Shown: positions 1 through 13,023, numbered from the stretch's first letter. The stretch: DNA of 64,000 nucleotides from Eledone cirrhosa (GCA_964016885.1 OZ024741.1:259408001-259472000); one strand, 5' to 3'. Made by a program: numbers and translations. Notes: generated from the letters alone by a model not told the origin.

Positions 1-590
1 ACTCGTAAGTCGAAACACTCGTAAATCGAAACACTCGTAAGCCGAAACACTCGTAAGCGAAAACATTCGTTAGTCGAAACACTCGTAACCCGAAACACTC
101 GTAAGTCGAAACACTCGAAAGCCGAAACACTCGTAAGTCGAAACACTCATAAGCCGAAACACTCGTAAGTCGGAACACTCGTAAGTCAGAACACCCGTAA
201 ATCAGAACACTCGTAGTCAGAACACTCGTAAGTCGAAACACTCGTAAGCCGAAACACTCGCAAGTCGAAGCACTCGTTATCCGAAACACTCTTAAGTCGA
301 AACACTCGTAAGTCGGAACACTCGTAAGTCAGAACACTCGTAAGTCAGAACACTCGTAAGTCGAAACACTCGTAAGCCGAAACATCCGTAAGTCAAAACA
401 TCCGTAAGTCAAAACATTCGTAAGTCGAAACACCCGTAGTCGAAACACTCGCAAGTCGAAACACTCGTAAGTCGAAACACGCGTAAGTCGAAACACATGT
501 AAGTCAAAACACTCGTAAGTCAAAACACTCGTAAGCCGAAACACTCGTAAGTCGAAACACTCGTAAGTCGAAACACTCGTAAAGCGAAAC

Positions 591-660
591 GTATCAATAA
601 AGATTAATGTAATGAATTTGAAAAGCATAGAGATTTGAAACCGCGTCTATTTGTTATTTT
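591..660 (+). repeat. AT-rich interspersed element, allele A1
   Basis: GTATCAATAAAGATTAATGTAATGAATTTGAAAAGCATAGAGATTTGAAACCGCGTCTATTTGTTATTTT. Confidence 0.95.
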
Positions 661-1276
661 CGTAAGTCGAAACACTCGTAAGCCGAAACACTCGTGAGCC
701 GAAACACTCGTAAGTCGGAACACTCGTAAGTCAGAACACTCGTAAGTCAGAACACTCGTAAGTTAGAACACTCGTAAGTCAGAACACTCGTAAGTCAGAA
801 CACTCGTAAGTCGAAACACTCGTATCGAAACACTCGTATGTCAAAACACCCGTAAGTCAAAACACTCGTAAGTCGAAACACTCGTAAGTCGAAACACTCG
901 TAAGCCGAAACACTCGAAAGCCGAAACACTCGTAAGTCGGAACACTCGTAAGTCGGAACACTCGTAAGTCAGAACACTCGTAAGTCAGAACACTCGTAAG
1001 TCAGAACACTCGTAAGTCAGAACACTCGTAAGTCGAAACACTCGTATCGAAACACTCGTATGTCAAAACACCCGTAAGTCAAAACATCCGTAAGTCAAAA
1101 CATTCGTAAGTCGAAACACCCGTAGTCGAAACACTCGCAAGTCGAAACACTCGTAAGTCGAAACACGCGTAAGTCGAAACACATGTAAGTCAAAACACTC
1201 GTAAGTCAAAACACTCGTAAGCCGAAACACTCGTAAGTCGAAACACTCGTAAGTCGAAACACTCGTAAAGCGAAAC

Positions 1277-1346
1277 GTATCAATAAAGATTAATGTAATG
1301 AATTTGAAAAGCATAGAGATTTGAAACCGCGTCTATTTGTTATTTT
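1277..1346 (+). repeat. AT-rich interspersed element, allele A1
   Basis: Same as 591-660 (GTATCAAT, GAATTT, GAGATTT). Confidence 0.95.
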
Positions 1347-2169
1347 CGTAAGTCGAAACACTCGTAAGCCGAAACACTCGTGAGCCGAAACACTCGTAAG
1401 TCGGAACACTCGTAAGTCAGAACACTCGTAAGTCAGAACACTCGTAAGTTAGAACACTCGTAAGTCAGAACACTCGTAAGTCAGAACACTCGTAAGTCGA
1501 AACACTCGTATCGAAACACTCGTATGTCAAAACACCCGTAAGTCAAAACACTCGTAAGTCGAAACACTCGTAAGTCGAAACACTCGTAAGCCGAAACACT
1601 CGAAAGCCGAAACACTCGTAAGTCGGAACACTCGTAAGTCGGAACACTCGTAAGTCAGAACACTCGTAAGTCAGAACACTCGTAAGTCAGAACACTCGTA
1701 AGTCAGAACACTCGTAAGTCGAAACACTCGTATCGAAACACTCGTATGTCAAAACACCCGTAAGTCAAAACACTCATAAGTCGAAACACTCGTAAGTCGA
1801 AACACTCGTATGTCGAAACATCCGTAAATCAGAACACTCGTAAGTCGAAACACTCGTAAGTCGAAACACTCGTAAGCCGAAACACTCGTAAGTCGAAGCA
1901 CTCGTATCGAAACACTCGTAAGTCGAAACACCCTTAAGTCAAAACACTCGTAAGCCAAAACACTCGTAAGTCGAAACACTCGTAAGTCGGAACACTCGTA
2001 AGTCAGAACACTCGTAAGTCAGAACACTCGTAAGTGGAAACACGCGTAAGTCGAAAGACCCGTAAGTCAAAAATCTCGTAAGTCAAAACACTCGTAAGCC
2101 GAAACACTCGTAAGTCGAAACACTCGTAAGTCGAAACACTCGTAAGTCGAAACATTCGTAAAGCGAAAC

Positions 2170-2239
2170 GTATAAATAAAGATTAATGTAATGAACTTGA
2201 AAAGCATAGATATTTGAAACCGCGTCTATTTGTTATTTT
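2170..2239 (+). repeat. AT-rich interspersed element, allele B1
   Basis: GTATAAATAAAGATT...GAACTTG...CATAGATATTTG. Confidence 0.95.
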
Positions 2240-3760
2240 CGTAAGTCGAAACACTCGTAAGTCAGAACACTCGTAAGTCAGAACACTCTTAAGTCAGAAC
2301 ACTCGTATCGAAACACGTATGTCAAAACACCCGTAAGTCAAAACACTCGTAAGTCGAAACACTCGTAAGTCGAAACACTCGTAAGCCGAAACAATCGTAA
2401 GTCAAAACACTCGTAAGTCGAAACACTCGTAAGCCGAAAATACTCGTAAGTCGGAACACCCGTAAGCCGAAACCCTCGTAGGTCGGAACACTCGTAAGTC
2501 AAAACACTCGTAAGTCGAAACACCCGTAAGTCGAAACACTCGTAAGTCGAAACACCCGTAAGTCGAAACATCCGTAAGTCAAAACACTCGTATGTCGAAA
2601 CACTCGTAAGCCGAAACACTCGTAAGTCAGAACACTCGTAAGTCAGAACACTCGTAAGTCGAAACACTCATAAGTCGAAACACTCGTAAGTCGAAACACC
2701 CGTAAGTCGAAACACCCGTAAGTCGAAACACTCGTATGTCGAATAACTCGTAAGCCGAAACACCGTAAGTCAAAACACTCGTAAGTCGAAACACTCGTAA
2801 GTCGAAACACCCATAAGCCGAAACACTCGTAAGCCAAAACATTCGTAAGTCGAAACACTCGTAAACCGAAACACTCGTAAGCCAAAACATTCGTAAGTCG
2901 AAACACTCGTAAGTCGAAACACCCATAGCCGAAACACTCGTAAGTCTGAACACACGTAAGTCAGAACAGCCGTAAGTCAGAACACTCGTAAGTCAGAACA
3001 CTCGTAAGTCAGAACACTCGTAAGTCAGAGCACTCGTATCGAAACACTCGTATGTCAAAACACCCGTAAGTCAAAACACTCGTAAGTCGAAACACTCGTA
3101 AGCCGAAACACCGTAAGCCAAAACACTCGTAAGTCGAAACACCCGTAAGTCGGAACACTCGTAAGTCGAAACACTCGTAAGTCGAAACACTCGTAAGCCG
3201 AAACACTCGTAAGCCGAAACACTCGTAAGTCGGAACACTCGTAAGTCGGAACACTCGTAAGTCAGAACACTCGTAAGTCAGAACACTCGTAAGTCAGAAC
3301 ACTCGTAAGTCAGAACACTCGTAAGTCGAAACACTCGTATCGAAACACTCGTATGTCAAAACACCCGTAAGTCAAAACACTCGTAAGTCGAAACACTCGT
3401 AAGTCGAAACACTCGTATGTCGAAACATCCGTAAATCAGAACACTCGTAAGTCGAAACACTCGTAAGTCGAAACACTCGTAAGCCGAAACACTCGTAAGT
3501 CGAAGCACTCGTATCGAAACACTCGTAAGTCGAAACACCCTTAAGTCAAAACACTCGTAAGCCAAAACACTCGTAAGTCGAAACACTCGTAAGTCGGAAC
3601 ACTCGTAAGTCAGAACACTCGTAAGTCAGAACACTCGTAAGTGGAAACACGCGTAAGTCGAAAGACCCGTAAATCAAAAATCTCGTAAGTCAAAACACTC
3701 GTAAGCCGAAACACTCGTAAGTCGAAACACTCGTAAGTCGAAACATTCGTAAAGCGAAAC

Positions 3761-3830
3761 GTATAAATAAAGATTAATGTAATGAACTTGAAAAGCATAG
3801 ATATTTGAAACCGCGTCTATTTGTTATTTT
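3761..3830 (+). repeat. AT-rich interspersed element, allele B1
   Basis: GAACTT and GATATTT diagnostic bases. Confidence 0.95.
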
Positions 3831-4957
3831 CGTAAGTCGAAACACTCGTAAGTCAGAACACTCGTAAGTCAGAACACTCTTAAGTCAGAACACTCGTATC
3901 GAAACACGTATGTCAAAACACCCGTAAGTCAAAACACTCGTAAGTCGAAACACTCGTAAGTCGAAACACTCGTAAGCCGAAACAATCGTAAGTCAAAACA
4001 CTCGTAAGTCGAAACACTCGTAAGCCGAAAATACTCGTAAGTCGGAACACCCGTAAGCCGAAACCCTCGTAGGTCGGAACACTCGTAAGTCGAAACACTC
4101 GTAAGTCGAAACACCCGTAAGTCGAAACACTCGTAAGTCGAAACACCCGTAAGTCGAAACATCCGTAAGTCAAAACACTCGTATGTCGAAACACTCGTAA
4201 GCCGAAACACTCGTAAGTCGGAACACTCGCAAGTCAGAACACTCGTAAGTCAGAACACTTGTAAATCGAAACACTCGTAAGTCGAAACACCCGTAAGTCG
4301 AAACGCCCGTAAGTCAAAACACTCGTATGTCGAAACACTCGCAAGCCGAAAAACCGTAAGTCAAAACACTCGTAAGTCGAAACACTCGTAAATCGAAACA
4401 CTCGTAAGCCGAAACACTCGTAAGCGAAAACATTCGTTAGTCGAAACACTCTTATCCCGAAACACTCGTAAGTCGAAACACTCGAAAGCCGAAACACTCG
4501 TAAGTCGAAACACTCACAAGCCGAAACACTCGTAAGTCGGAACACTCGTAAGTCAGAACACCCGTAAATCAGAACACTCGTAGTCAGAACACTCGTAAGT
4601 CGAAACACTCGTAAGCCGAAACACTCGCAAGTCGAAGCACTCGTAATCCGAAACACTCTTAAGTCGAAACACTCGTAAGTCGGAACACTCGTAAGTCAGA
4701 ACACTCGTAAGTCAGAACACTCGTAAGTCGAAACACTCGTAAGCCGAAACATCCGTAAGTCAAAACATCCGTAAGTCAAAACATTCGTAAGTCGAAACAC
4801 CCGTAGTCGAAACACTCGCAAGTCGAAACACTCGTAAGTCGAAACACGCGTAAGTCGAAACACATGTAAGTCAAAACACTCGTAAGTCAAAACACTCGTA
4901 AGCCGAAACACTCGTAAGTCGAAACACTCGTAAGTCGAAACACTCGTAAAGCGAAAC

Positions 4958-5027
4958 GTATAAATAAATATTAATGTAATGAATTTGAAAAGCATAGAGA
5001 TTTGAAACCGCGTCTATTTGTTATTTT
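4958..5027 (+). repeat. AT-rich interspersed element, allele A2
   Basis: GTATAAATAAATATT...GAATTTG...GAGATTTG. Confidence 0.95.
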
Positions 5028-5834
5028 CGTAAGTCGAAACACTCGTAAGCCGAAACACTCGTGAGCCGAAACACTCGTAAGTCGGAACACTCGTAAGTCA
5101 GAACACTCGTAAGTCAGAACACTCGTAAGTTAGAACACTCGTAAGTCAGAACACTCGTAAGTCAGAACACTCGTAAGTCGAAACACTCGTATCGAAACAC
5201 TCGTATGTCAAAACACCCGTAAGTCAAAACACTCGTAAGTCGAAACACTCGTAAGTCGAAACACTCGTAAGCCGAAACACTCGTAAGCCGAAACACTCGT
5301 AAGTCGGAACACTCGTAAGTCGGAACACTCGTAAGTCAGAACACTCGTAAGTCAGAACACTCGTAAGTCAGAACACTCGTAAGTCAGAACACTCGTAAGT
5401 CGAAACACTCGTATCGAAGCACTCGTATGTCAAAACACCCGTAAGTCAAAACACTCGTAAGTCGAAACACTCGTAAGTCGAAACACTCGTATGTCGAAAC
5501 ATCCGTAAATCAGAACACTCGTAAGTCGAAACACTCGTAAGTCGAAACACTCGTAAGCCGAAACACTCGTAAGTCGAAGCACTCGTATCGAAACACTCGT
5601 AAGTCGAAACACCCTTAAGTCAAAACACTCGTAAGCCAAAACACTCGTAAGTCGAAACACTCGTAAGTCGGAACACTCGTAAGTCAGAACACTCGTAAGT
5701 CAGAACACTCGTAAGTGGAAACACGCGTAAGTCGAAAGACCCGTAAGTCAAAAATCTCGTAAGTCAAAACACTCGTAAGCCGAAACACTCGTAAGTCGAA
5801 ACACTCGTAAGTCGAAACATTCGTAAAGCGAAAC

Positions 5835-5904
5835 GTATAAATAAAGATTAATGTAATGAACTTGAAAAGCATAGATATTTGAAACCGCGTCTATTTGTTA
5901 TTTT
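5835..5904 (+). repeat. AT-rich interspersed element, allele B1
   Basis: GAACTT and GATATTT. Confidence 0.95.
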
Positions 5905-8586
5905 CGTAAGTCGAAACACTCGTAAGTCAGAACACTCGTAAGTCAGAACACTCTTAAGTCAGAACACTCGTATCGAAACACTCGTATGTCAAAACACCCG
6001 TAAGTCAAAACACTCGTAAGTCGAAACACTCGTAAGTCGAAACACTCGTAAGCCGAAACACTCGTAAGCCGAAACACTCGTAAGCCGAAACACTCGTAAG
6101 TCGGAACACTCGTAAGTCAGAACACTCATAAGTCAGAACACTCGTAAGTCAGAACACTCGTAAGTCGAAACACTCGTAAGCCGAAACACCGTAAGTCGAA
6201 ACACCCGTATGTCGAAACACTCGTAAGCCGAAACACTCTTAAGTCGAAACACTCATAAGCCGAAACACTCGTAAGTCGGAACACTCGCAAATCAGAACAC
6301 CCGCAAGTCAGAACACTCGTAAATCAGAACACTCTTAAGTCGAAACTTACGTACGCCGAAACAATCGTAAGTCGAAACACTCGTAAGTCGAAACATCCTT
6401 AAGTCGAAACACTCGTACACCGAAACACTCGTAAGTATAAACATTAGTAAGTCGAAACACTCGTATGTCGAAACACTCGTAAACCGAAACACTCGTAAGT
6501 CGGAACACTCGTAAGTCAGAACACTCGTAAGTCAGAACACTCGTAAGTCGAAACACTCATAAGTCGAAACACCCGTAAGTCGAAGCACTCGTATGTCGAA
6601 TAACTCGTAAGCCGAAACACCGTAAGTCAAAACACTCGTAAGTCGAAACACTCGTAAGTCGAAACACCCATAAGCCGAAACACTCGTAAGCCAAAACATT
6701 CGTAAGTCGAAACACTCGTAAACCGAAACACTCGTAAGCCAAAACATTCGTATGTCGAAACACTCGTAAGTCGAAACACCCATAGCCGAAACACTTGTAA
6801 GTCTGAACACACGTAAGTCAGAACACCCGTAAGTCAGAACACTCGTAAGTCAGAACACTCGTAAGTCAGAACACTCGTAAGTCAGAACACTCGTAAGTCA
6901 GAGCACTCGTATCGAAACACTCGTATGTCAAAACACCCGTAAGTCAAAACACTCGTAAGTCGAAACACTCGTAAGCCGAAACACCGTAAGCCAAAACACT
7001 CGTAAGTCGAAACACCCCTAAGTCGGAACACTCGTAAGTCGAAACACTCGTAAGTCGAAACACTCGTAAGCCGAAACACTCGTAAGCCGAAACACTCGTA
7101 AGTCGGAACACTCGTAAGTCGGAACACTCGTAAGTCAGAACACTCGTAAGTCAGAACACTCGTAAGTCAGAACACTCGTAAGTCAGAACACTCGTAAGTC
7201 GAAACACTCGTATCGAAACACTCGTATGTCAAAACACCCGTAAGTCAAAACACTCGTAAGTCGAAACACTCGTAAGTCGAAACATTCGTAAGTCGAAACA
7301 TCCGTAAATCAGAACACTCTTAAGTCGAAACACTCGTAAGTCGAAACACTCGTAAGCCGAAACACTCGTAAGTCGAAGCACTCGTATCGAAACACTCGTA
7401 AGTCGAAACACCCTTAAGTCAAAACACTCGTAAGCCAAAACACTCGTAAGTCGAAACACTCGTAAGTCGGAACACTCGTAAGTCAGAACACTCGTAAGTC
7501 AGAACACTCGTAAGTGGAAACACGCGTAAGTCGAAACACTCATAAGTCGAAACACTCGTAAGTCGAAACACCCGTAAGTCGAAACACCCGTAAGTCGAAA
7601 CACTCGTATGTCGAATAACTCGTAAGCCGAAACACCGTAAGTCAAAACACTCGTAAGTCGAAACACTCGTAAGTCGAAACACCCATAAGCCGAAACACTC
7701 GTAAGCCAAAACATTCGTAAGTCGAAACACTCGTAAACCGAAACACTCGTAAGCCAAAACATTCGTAAGTCGAAACACTCGTAAGTCGAAACACCCATAG
7801 CCGAAACACTCGTAAGTCTGAACACACGTAAGTCAGAACAGCCGTAAGTCAGAACACTCGTAAGTCAGAACACTCGTAAGTCAGAACACTCGTAAGTCAG
7901 AGCACTCGTATCGAAACACTCGTATGTCAAAACACCCGTAAGTCAAAACACTCGTAAGTCGAAACACTCGTAAGTCGAAACACTCGTATGTCGAAACATC
8001 CGTAAATCAGAACACTCGTAAGTCGAAACACTCGTAAGTCGAAACACTCGTAAGCCGAAACACTCGTAAGTCGAAGCACTCGTATCGAAACACTCGTAAG
8101 TCGAAACACCCTTAAGTCAAAACACTCGTAAGCCAAAACACTCGTAAGTCGAAACACTCGTAAGTCGGAACACTCGTAAGTCAGAACACTCGTAAGTCAG
8201 AACACTCGTAAGTGGAAACACGCGTAAGTCGAAAGACCCGTAAGTCAAAAATCTCGTAAGTCAAAACACTCGTAAGCCGAAACACTCGTAAGTCGAAACA
8301 CTCGTAAGTCGAAACACCCGTAAGTCAGAACACTCGTAAGTCAGAACACTCGTAAGTCGAAACACTCGTAAGCCGAAACATCCGTAAGTCAAAACATCCG
8401 TAAGTCAAAACATTCGTAAGTCGAAACACCCGTAGTCGAAACACTCGCAAGTCGAAACACTCGTAAGTCGAAACACGCGTAAGTCGAAACACATGTAAGT
8501 CAAAACACTCGTAAGTCAAAACACTCGTAAGCCGAAACACTCGTAAGTCGAAACACTCGTAAGTCGAAACACTCGTAAAGCGAAAC

Positions 8587-8656
8587 GTATAAATAAATAT
8601 TAATGTAATGAATTTGAAAAGCATAGAGATTTGAAACCGCGTCTATTTGTTATTTT
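8587..8656 (+). repeat. AT-rich interspersed element, allele A2
   Basis: AAATATT and GAATTT. Confidence 0.95.
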
Positions 8657-9272
8657 CGTAAGTCGAAACACTCGTAAGCCGAAACACTCGTGAGCCGAAA
8701 CACTCGTAAGTCGGAACACTCGTAAGTCAGAACACTCGTAAGTCAGAACACTCGTAAGTTAGAACACTCGTAAGTCAGAACACTCGTAAGTCAGAACACT
8801 CGTAAGTCGAAACACTCGTATCGAAACACTCGTATGTCAAAACACCCGTAAGTCAAAAAACTCGTAAGTCGAAACACTCGTAAGTCGAAACACTCGTAAG
8901 CCGAAACACTCGAAAGCCGAAACACTCGTAAGTCGGAACACTCGTAAGTCGGAACACTCGTAAGTCAGAACACTCGTAAGTCAGAACACTCGTAAGTCAG
9001 AACACTCGTAAGTCAGAACACTCGTAAGTCGAAACACTCGTATCGAAACACTCGTATGTCAAAACACCCGTAAGTCAAAACATCCGTAAGTCAAAACATT
9101 CGTAAGTCGAAACACCCGTAGTCGAAACACTCGCAAGTCGAAACACTCGTAAGTCGAAACACGCGTAAGTCGAAACACATGTAAGTCAAAACACTCGTAA
9201 GTCAAAACACTCGTAAGCCGAAACACTCGTAAGTCGAAACACTCGTAAGTCGAAACACTCGTAAAGCGAAAC

Positions 9273-9342
9273 GTATCAATAAAGATTAATGTAATGAATT
9301 TGAAAAGCATAGAGATTTGAAACCGCGTCTATTTGTTATTTT
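9273..9342 (+). repeat. AT-rich interspersed element, allele A1
   Basis: GTATCAAT and GAATTT. Confidence 0.95.
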
Positions 9343-10165
9343 CGTAAGTCGAAACACTCGTAAGCCGAAACACTCGTGAGCCGAAACACTCGTAAGTCGG
9401 AACACTCGTAAGTCAGAACACTCGTAAGTCAGAACACTCGTAAGTTAGAACACTCGTAAGTCAGAACACTCGTAAGTCAGAACACTCGTAAGTCGAAACA
9501 CTCGTATCGAAACACTCGTATGTCAAAACACCCGTAAGTCAAAACACTCGTAAGTCGAAACACTCGTAAGTCGAAACACTCGTAAGCCGAAACACTCGAA
9601 AGCCGAAACACTCGTAAGTCGGAACACTCGTAAGTCGGAACACTCGTAAGTCAGAACACTCGTAAGTCAGAACACTCGTAAGTCAGAACACTCGTAAGTC
9701 AGAACACTCGTAAGTCGAAACACTCGTATCGAAACACTCGTATGTCAAAACACCCGTAAGTCAAAACACTCGTAAGTCGAAACACTCGTAAGTCGAAACA
9801 CTCGTATGTCGAAACATCCGTAAATCAGAACACTCGTAAGTCGAAACACTCGTAAGTCGAAACACTCGTAAGCCGAAACACTCGTAAGTCGAAGCACTCG
9901 TATCGAAACACTCGTAAGTCGAAACACCCTTAAGTCAAAACACTCGTAAGCCAAAACACTCGTAAGTCGAAACACTCGTAAGTCGGAACACTCGTAAGTC
10001 AGAACACTCGTAAGTCAGAACACTCGTAAGTGGAAACACGCGTAAGTCGAAAGACCCGTAAGTCAAAAATCTCGTAAGTCAAAACACTCGTAAGCCGAAA
10101 CACTCGTAAGTCGAAACACTCGTAAGTCGAAACACTCGTAAGTCGAAACATTCGTAAAGCGAAAC

Positions 10166-10235
10166 GTATAAATAAAGATTAATGTAATGAACTTGAAAAG
10201 CATAGATATTTGAAACCGCGTCTATTTGTTATTTT
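10166..10235 (+). repeat. AT-rich interspersed element, allele B1
   Basis: GAACTT and GATATTT. Confidence 0.95.
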
Positions 10236-11756
10236 CGTAAGTCGAAACACTCGTAAGTCAGAACACTCGTAAGTCAGAACACTCTTAAGTCAGAACACTC
10301 GTATCGAAACACGTATGTCAAAACACCCGTAAGTCAAAACACTCGTAAGTCGAAACACTCGTAAGTCGAAACACTCGTAAGCCGAAACAATCGTAAGTCA
10401 AAACACTCGTAAGTCGAAACACTCGTAAGCCGAAAATACTCGTAAGTCGGAACACCCGTAAGCCGAAACCCTCGTAGGTCGGAACACTCGTAAGTCAAAA
10501 CACTCGTAAGTCGAAACACCCGTAAGTCGAAACACTCGTAAGTCGAAACACCCGTAAGTCGAAACATCCGTAAGTCAAAACACTCGTATGTCGAAACACT
10601 CGTAAGCCGAAACACTCGTAAGTCAGAACACTCGTAAGTCAGAACACTCGTAAGTCGAAACACTCATAAGTCGAAACACTCGTAAGTCGAAACACCCGTA
10701 AGTCGAAACACCCGTAAGTCGAAACACTCGTATGTCGAATAACTCGTAAGCCGAAACACCGTAAGTCAAAACACTCGTAAGTCGAAACACTCGTAAGTCG
10801 AAACACCCATAAGCCGAAACACTCGTAAGCCAAAACATTCGTAAGTCGAAACACTCGTAAACCGAAACACTCGTAAGCCAAAACATTCGTAAGTCGAAAC
10901 ACTCGTAAGTCGAAACACCCATAGTCGAAACACTCGTAAGTCTGAACACACGTAAGTCAGAACAGCCGTAAGTCAGAACACTCGTAAGTCAGAACACTCG
11001 TAAGTCAGAACACTCGTAAGTCAGAGCACTCGTATCGAAACACTCGTATGTCAAAACACCCGTAAGTCAAAACACTCGTAAGTCGAAACACTCGTAAGCC
11101 GAAACACCGTAAGCCAAAACACTCGTAAGTCGAAACACCCGTAAGTCGGAACACTCGTAAGTCGAAACACTCGTAAGTCGAAACACTCGTAAGCCGAAAC
11201 ACTCGTAAGCCGAAACACTCGTAAGTCGGAACACTCGTAAGTCGGAACACTCGTAAGTCAGAACACTCGTAAGTCAGAACACTCGTAAGTCAGAACACTC
11301 GTAAGTCAGAACACTCGTAAGTCGAAACACTCGTATCGAAACACTCGTATGTCAAAACACCCGTAAGTCAAAACACTCGTAAGTCGAAACACTCGTAAGT
11401 CGAAACACTCGTATGTCGAAACATCCGTAAATCAGAACACTCGTAAGTCGAAACACTCGTAAGTCGAAACACTCGTAAGCCGAAACACTCGTAAGTCGAA
11501 GCACTCGTATCGAAACACTCGTAAGTCGAAACACCCTTAAGTCAAAACACTCGTAAGCCAAAACACTCGTAAGTCGAAACACTCGTAAGTCGGAACACTC
11601 GTAAGTCAGAACACTCGTAAGTCAGAACACTCGTAAGTGGAAACACGCGTAAGTCGAAAGACCCGTAAGTCAAAAATCTCGTAAGTCAAAACACTCGTAA
11701 GCCGAAACACTCGTAAGTCGAAACACTCGTAAGTCGAAACATTCGTAAAGCGAAAC

Positions 11757-11826
11757 GTATAAATAAAGATTAATGTAATGAACTTGAAAAGCATAGATAT
11801 TTGAAACCGCGTCTATTTGTTATTTT
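11757..11826 (+). repeat. AT-rich interspersed element, allele B1
   Basis: GAACTT and GATATTT. Confidence 0.95.
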
Positions 11827-12953
11827 CGTAAGTCGAAACACTCGTAAGTCAGAACACTCGTAAGTCAGAACACTCTTAAGTCAGAACACTCGTATCGAAA
11901 CACGTATGTCAAAACACCCGTAAGTCAAAACACTCGTAAGTCGAAACACTCGTAAGTCGAAACACTCGTAAGCCGAAACAATCGTAAGTCAAAACACTCG
12001 TAAGTCGAAACACTCGTAAGCCGAAAATACTCGTAAGTCGGAACACCCGTAAGCCGAAACCCTCGTAGGTCGGAACACTCGTAAGTCGAAACACTCGTAA
12101 GTCGAAACACCCGTAAGTCGAAACACTCGTAAGTCGAAACACCCGTAAGTCGAAACATCCGTAAGTCAAAACACTCGTATGTCGAAACACTCGTAAGCCG
12201 AAACACTCGTAAGTCGGAACACTCGCAAGTCAGAACACTCGTAAGTCAGAACACTCGTAAGTCGAAACACTCGTAAGTCGAAACACCCGTAAGTCGAAAC
12301 GCCCGTAAGTCAAAACACTCGTATGTCGAAACACTCGCAAGCCGAAAAACCGTAAGTCAGAACACTCGTAAGTCGAAACACTCGTAAATCGAAACACTCG
12401 TAAGCCGAAACACTCGTAAGCGAAAACATTCGTTAGTCGAAACACTCGTAACCCGAAACACTCGTAAGTCGAAACACTCGAAAGCCGAAACACTCGTAAG
12501 TCGAAACACTCATAAGCCGAAACACTCGTAAGTCGGAACACTCGTAAGTCAGAACACCCGTAAATCAGAACACTCGTAGTCAGAACACTCGTAAGTCGAA
12601 ACACTCGTAAGCCGAAACACTCGCAAGTCGAAGCACTCGTAATCCGAAACACTCTTAAGTCGAAACACTCGTAAGTCGGAACACTCGTAAGTCAGAACAC
12701 TCGTAAGTCAGAACACTCGTAAGTCGAAACACTCGTAAGCCGAAACATCCGTAAGTCAAAACATCCGTAAGTCAAAACATTCGTAAGTCGAAACACCCGT
12801 AGTCGAAACACTCGCAAGTCGAAACACTCGTAAGTCGAAACACGCGTAAGTCGAAACACATGTAAGTCAAAACACTCGTAAGTCAAAACACTCGTAAGCC
12901 GAAACACTCGTAAGTCGAAACACTCGTAAGTCGAAACACTCGTAAAGCGAAAC

Positions 12954-13023
12954 GTATAAATAAATATTAATGTAATGAATTTGAAAAGCATAGAGATTTG
13001 AAACCGCGTCTATTTGTTATTTT
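12954..13023 (+). repeat. AT-rich interspersed element, allele A2
   Basis: AAATATT and GAATTT. Confidence 0.95.

Noticed and set aside
591-660. AT-rich element as a MITE or independently inserted mobile element
   Set aside because: Only a 6-bp AAATAA/TTATTT match (A0/A2/B alleles) and a 5-bp ATAGA/TCTAT match are present, with no target-site duplication. Every copy sits in the same monomer register and context, which indicates co-amplification rather than independent insertions.
591-660. TATA box (TATAAA), polyadenylation signal (AATAAA) or terminator hairpin within the element
   Set aside because: Such hexamers are expected by chance in AT-rich sequence, the A1 allele disrupts TATAAA, and the possible stem is too short. 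Not supportable without transcript data.
2690-2730. True CENP-B box in CACCCG-variant monomers
   Set aside because: TTCGACTTACGGG lacks the two bases between A and CGGG required by NTTCGNNNNANNCGGGN.
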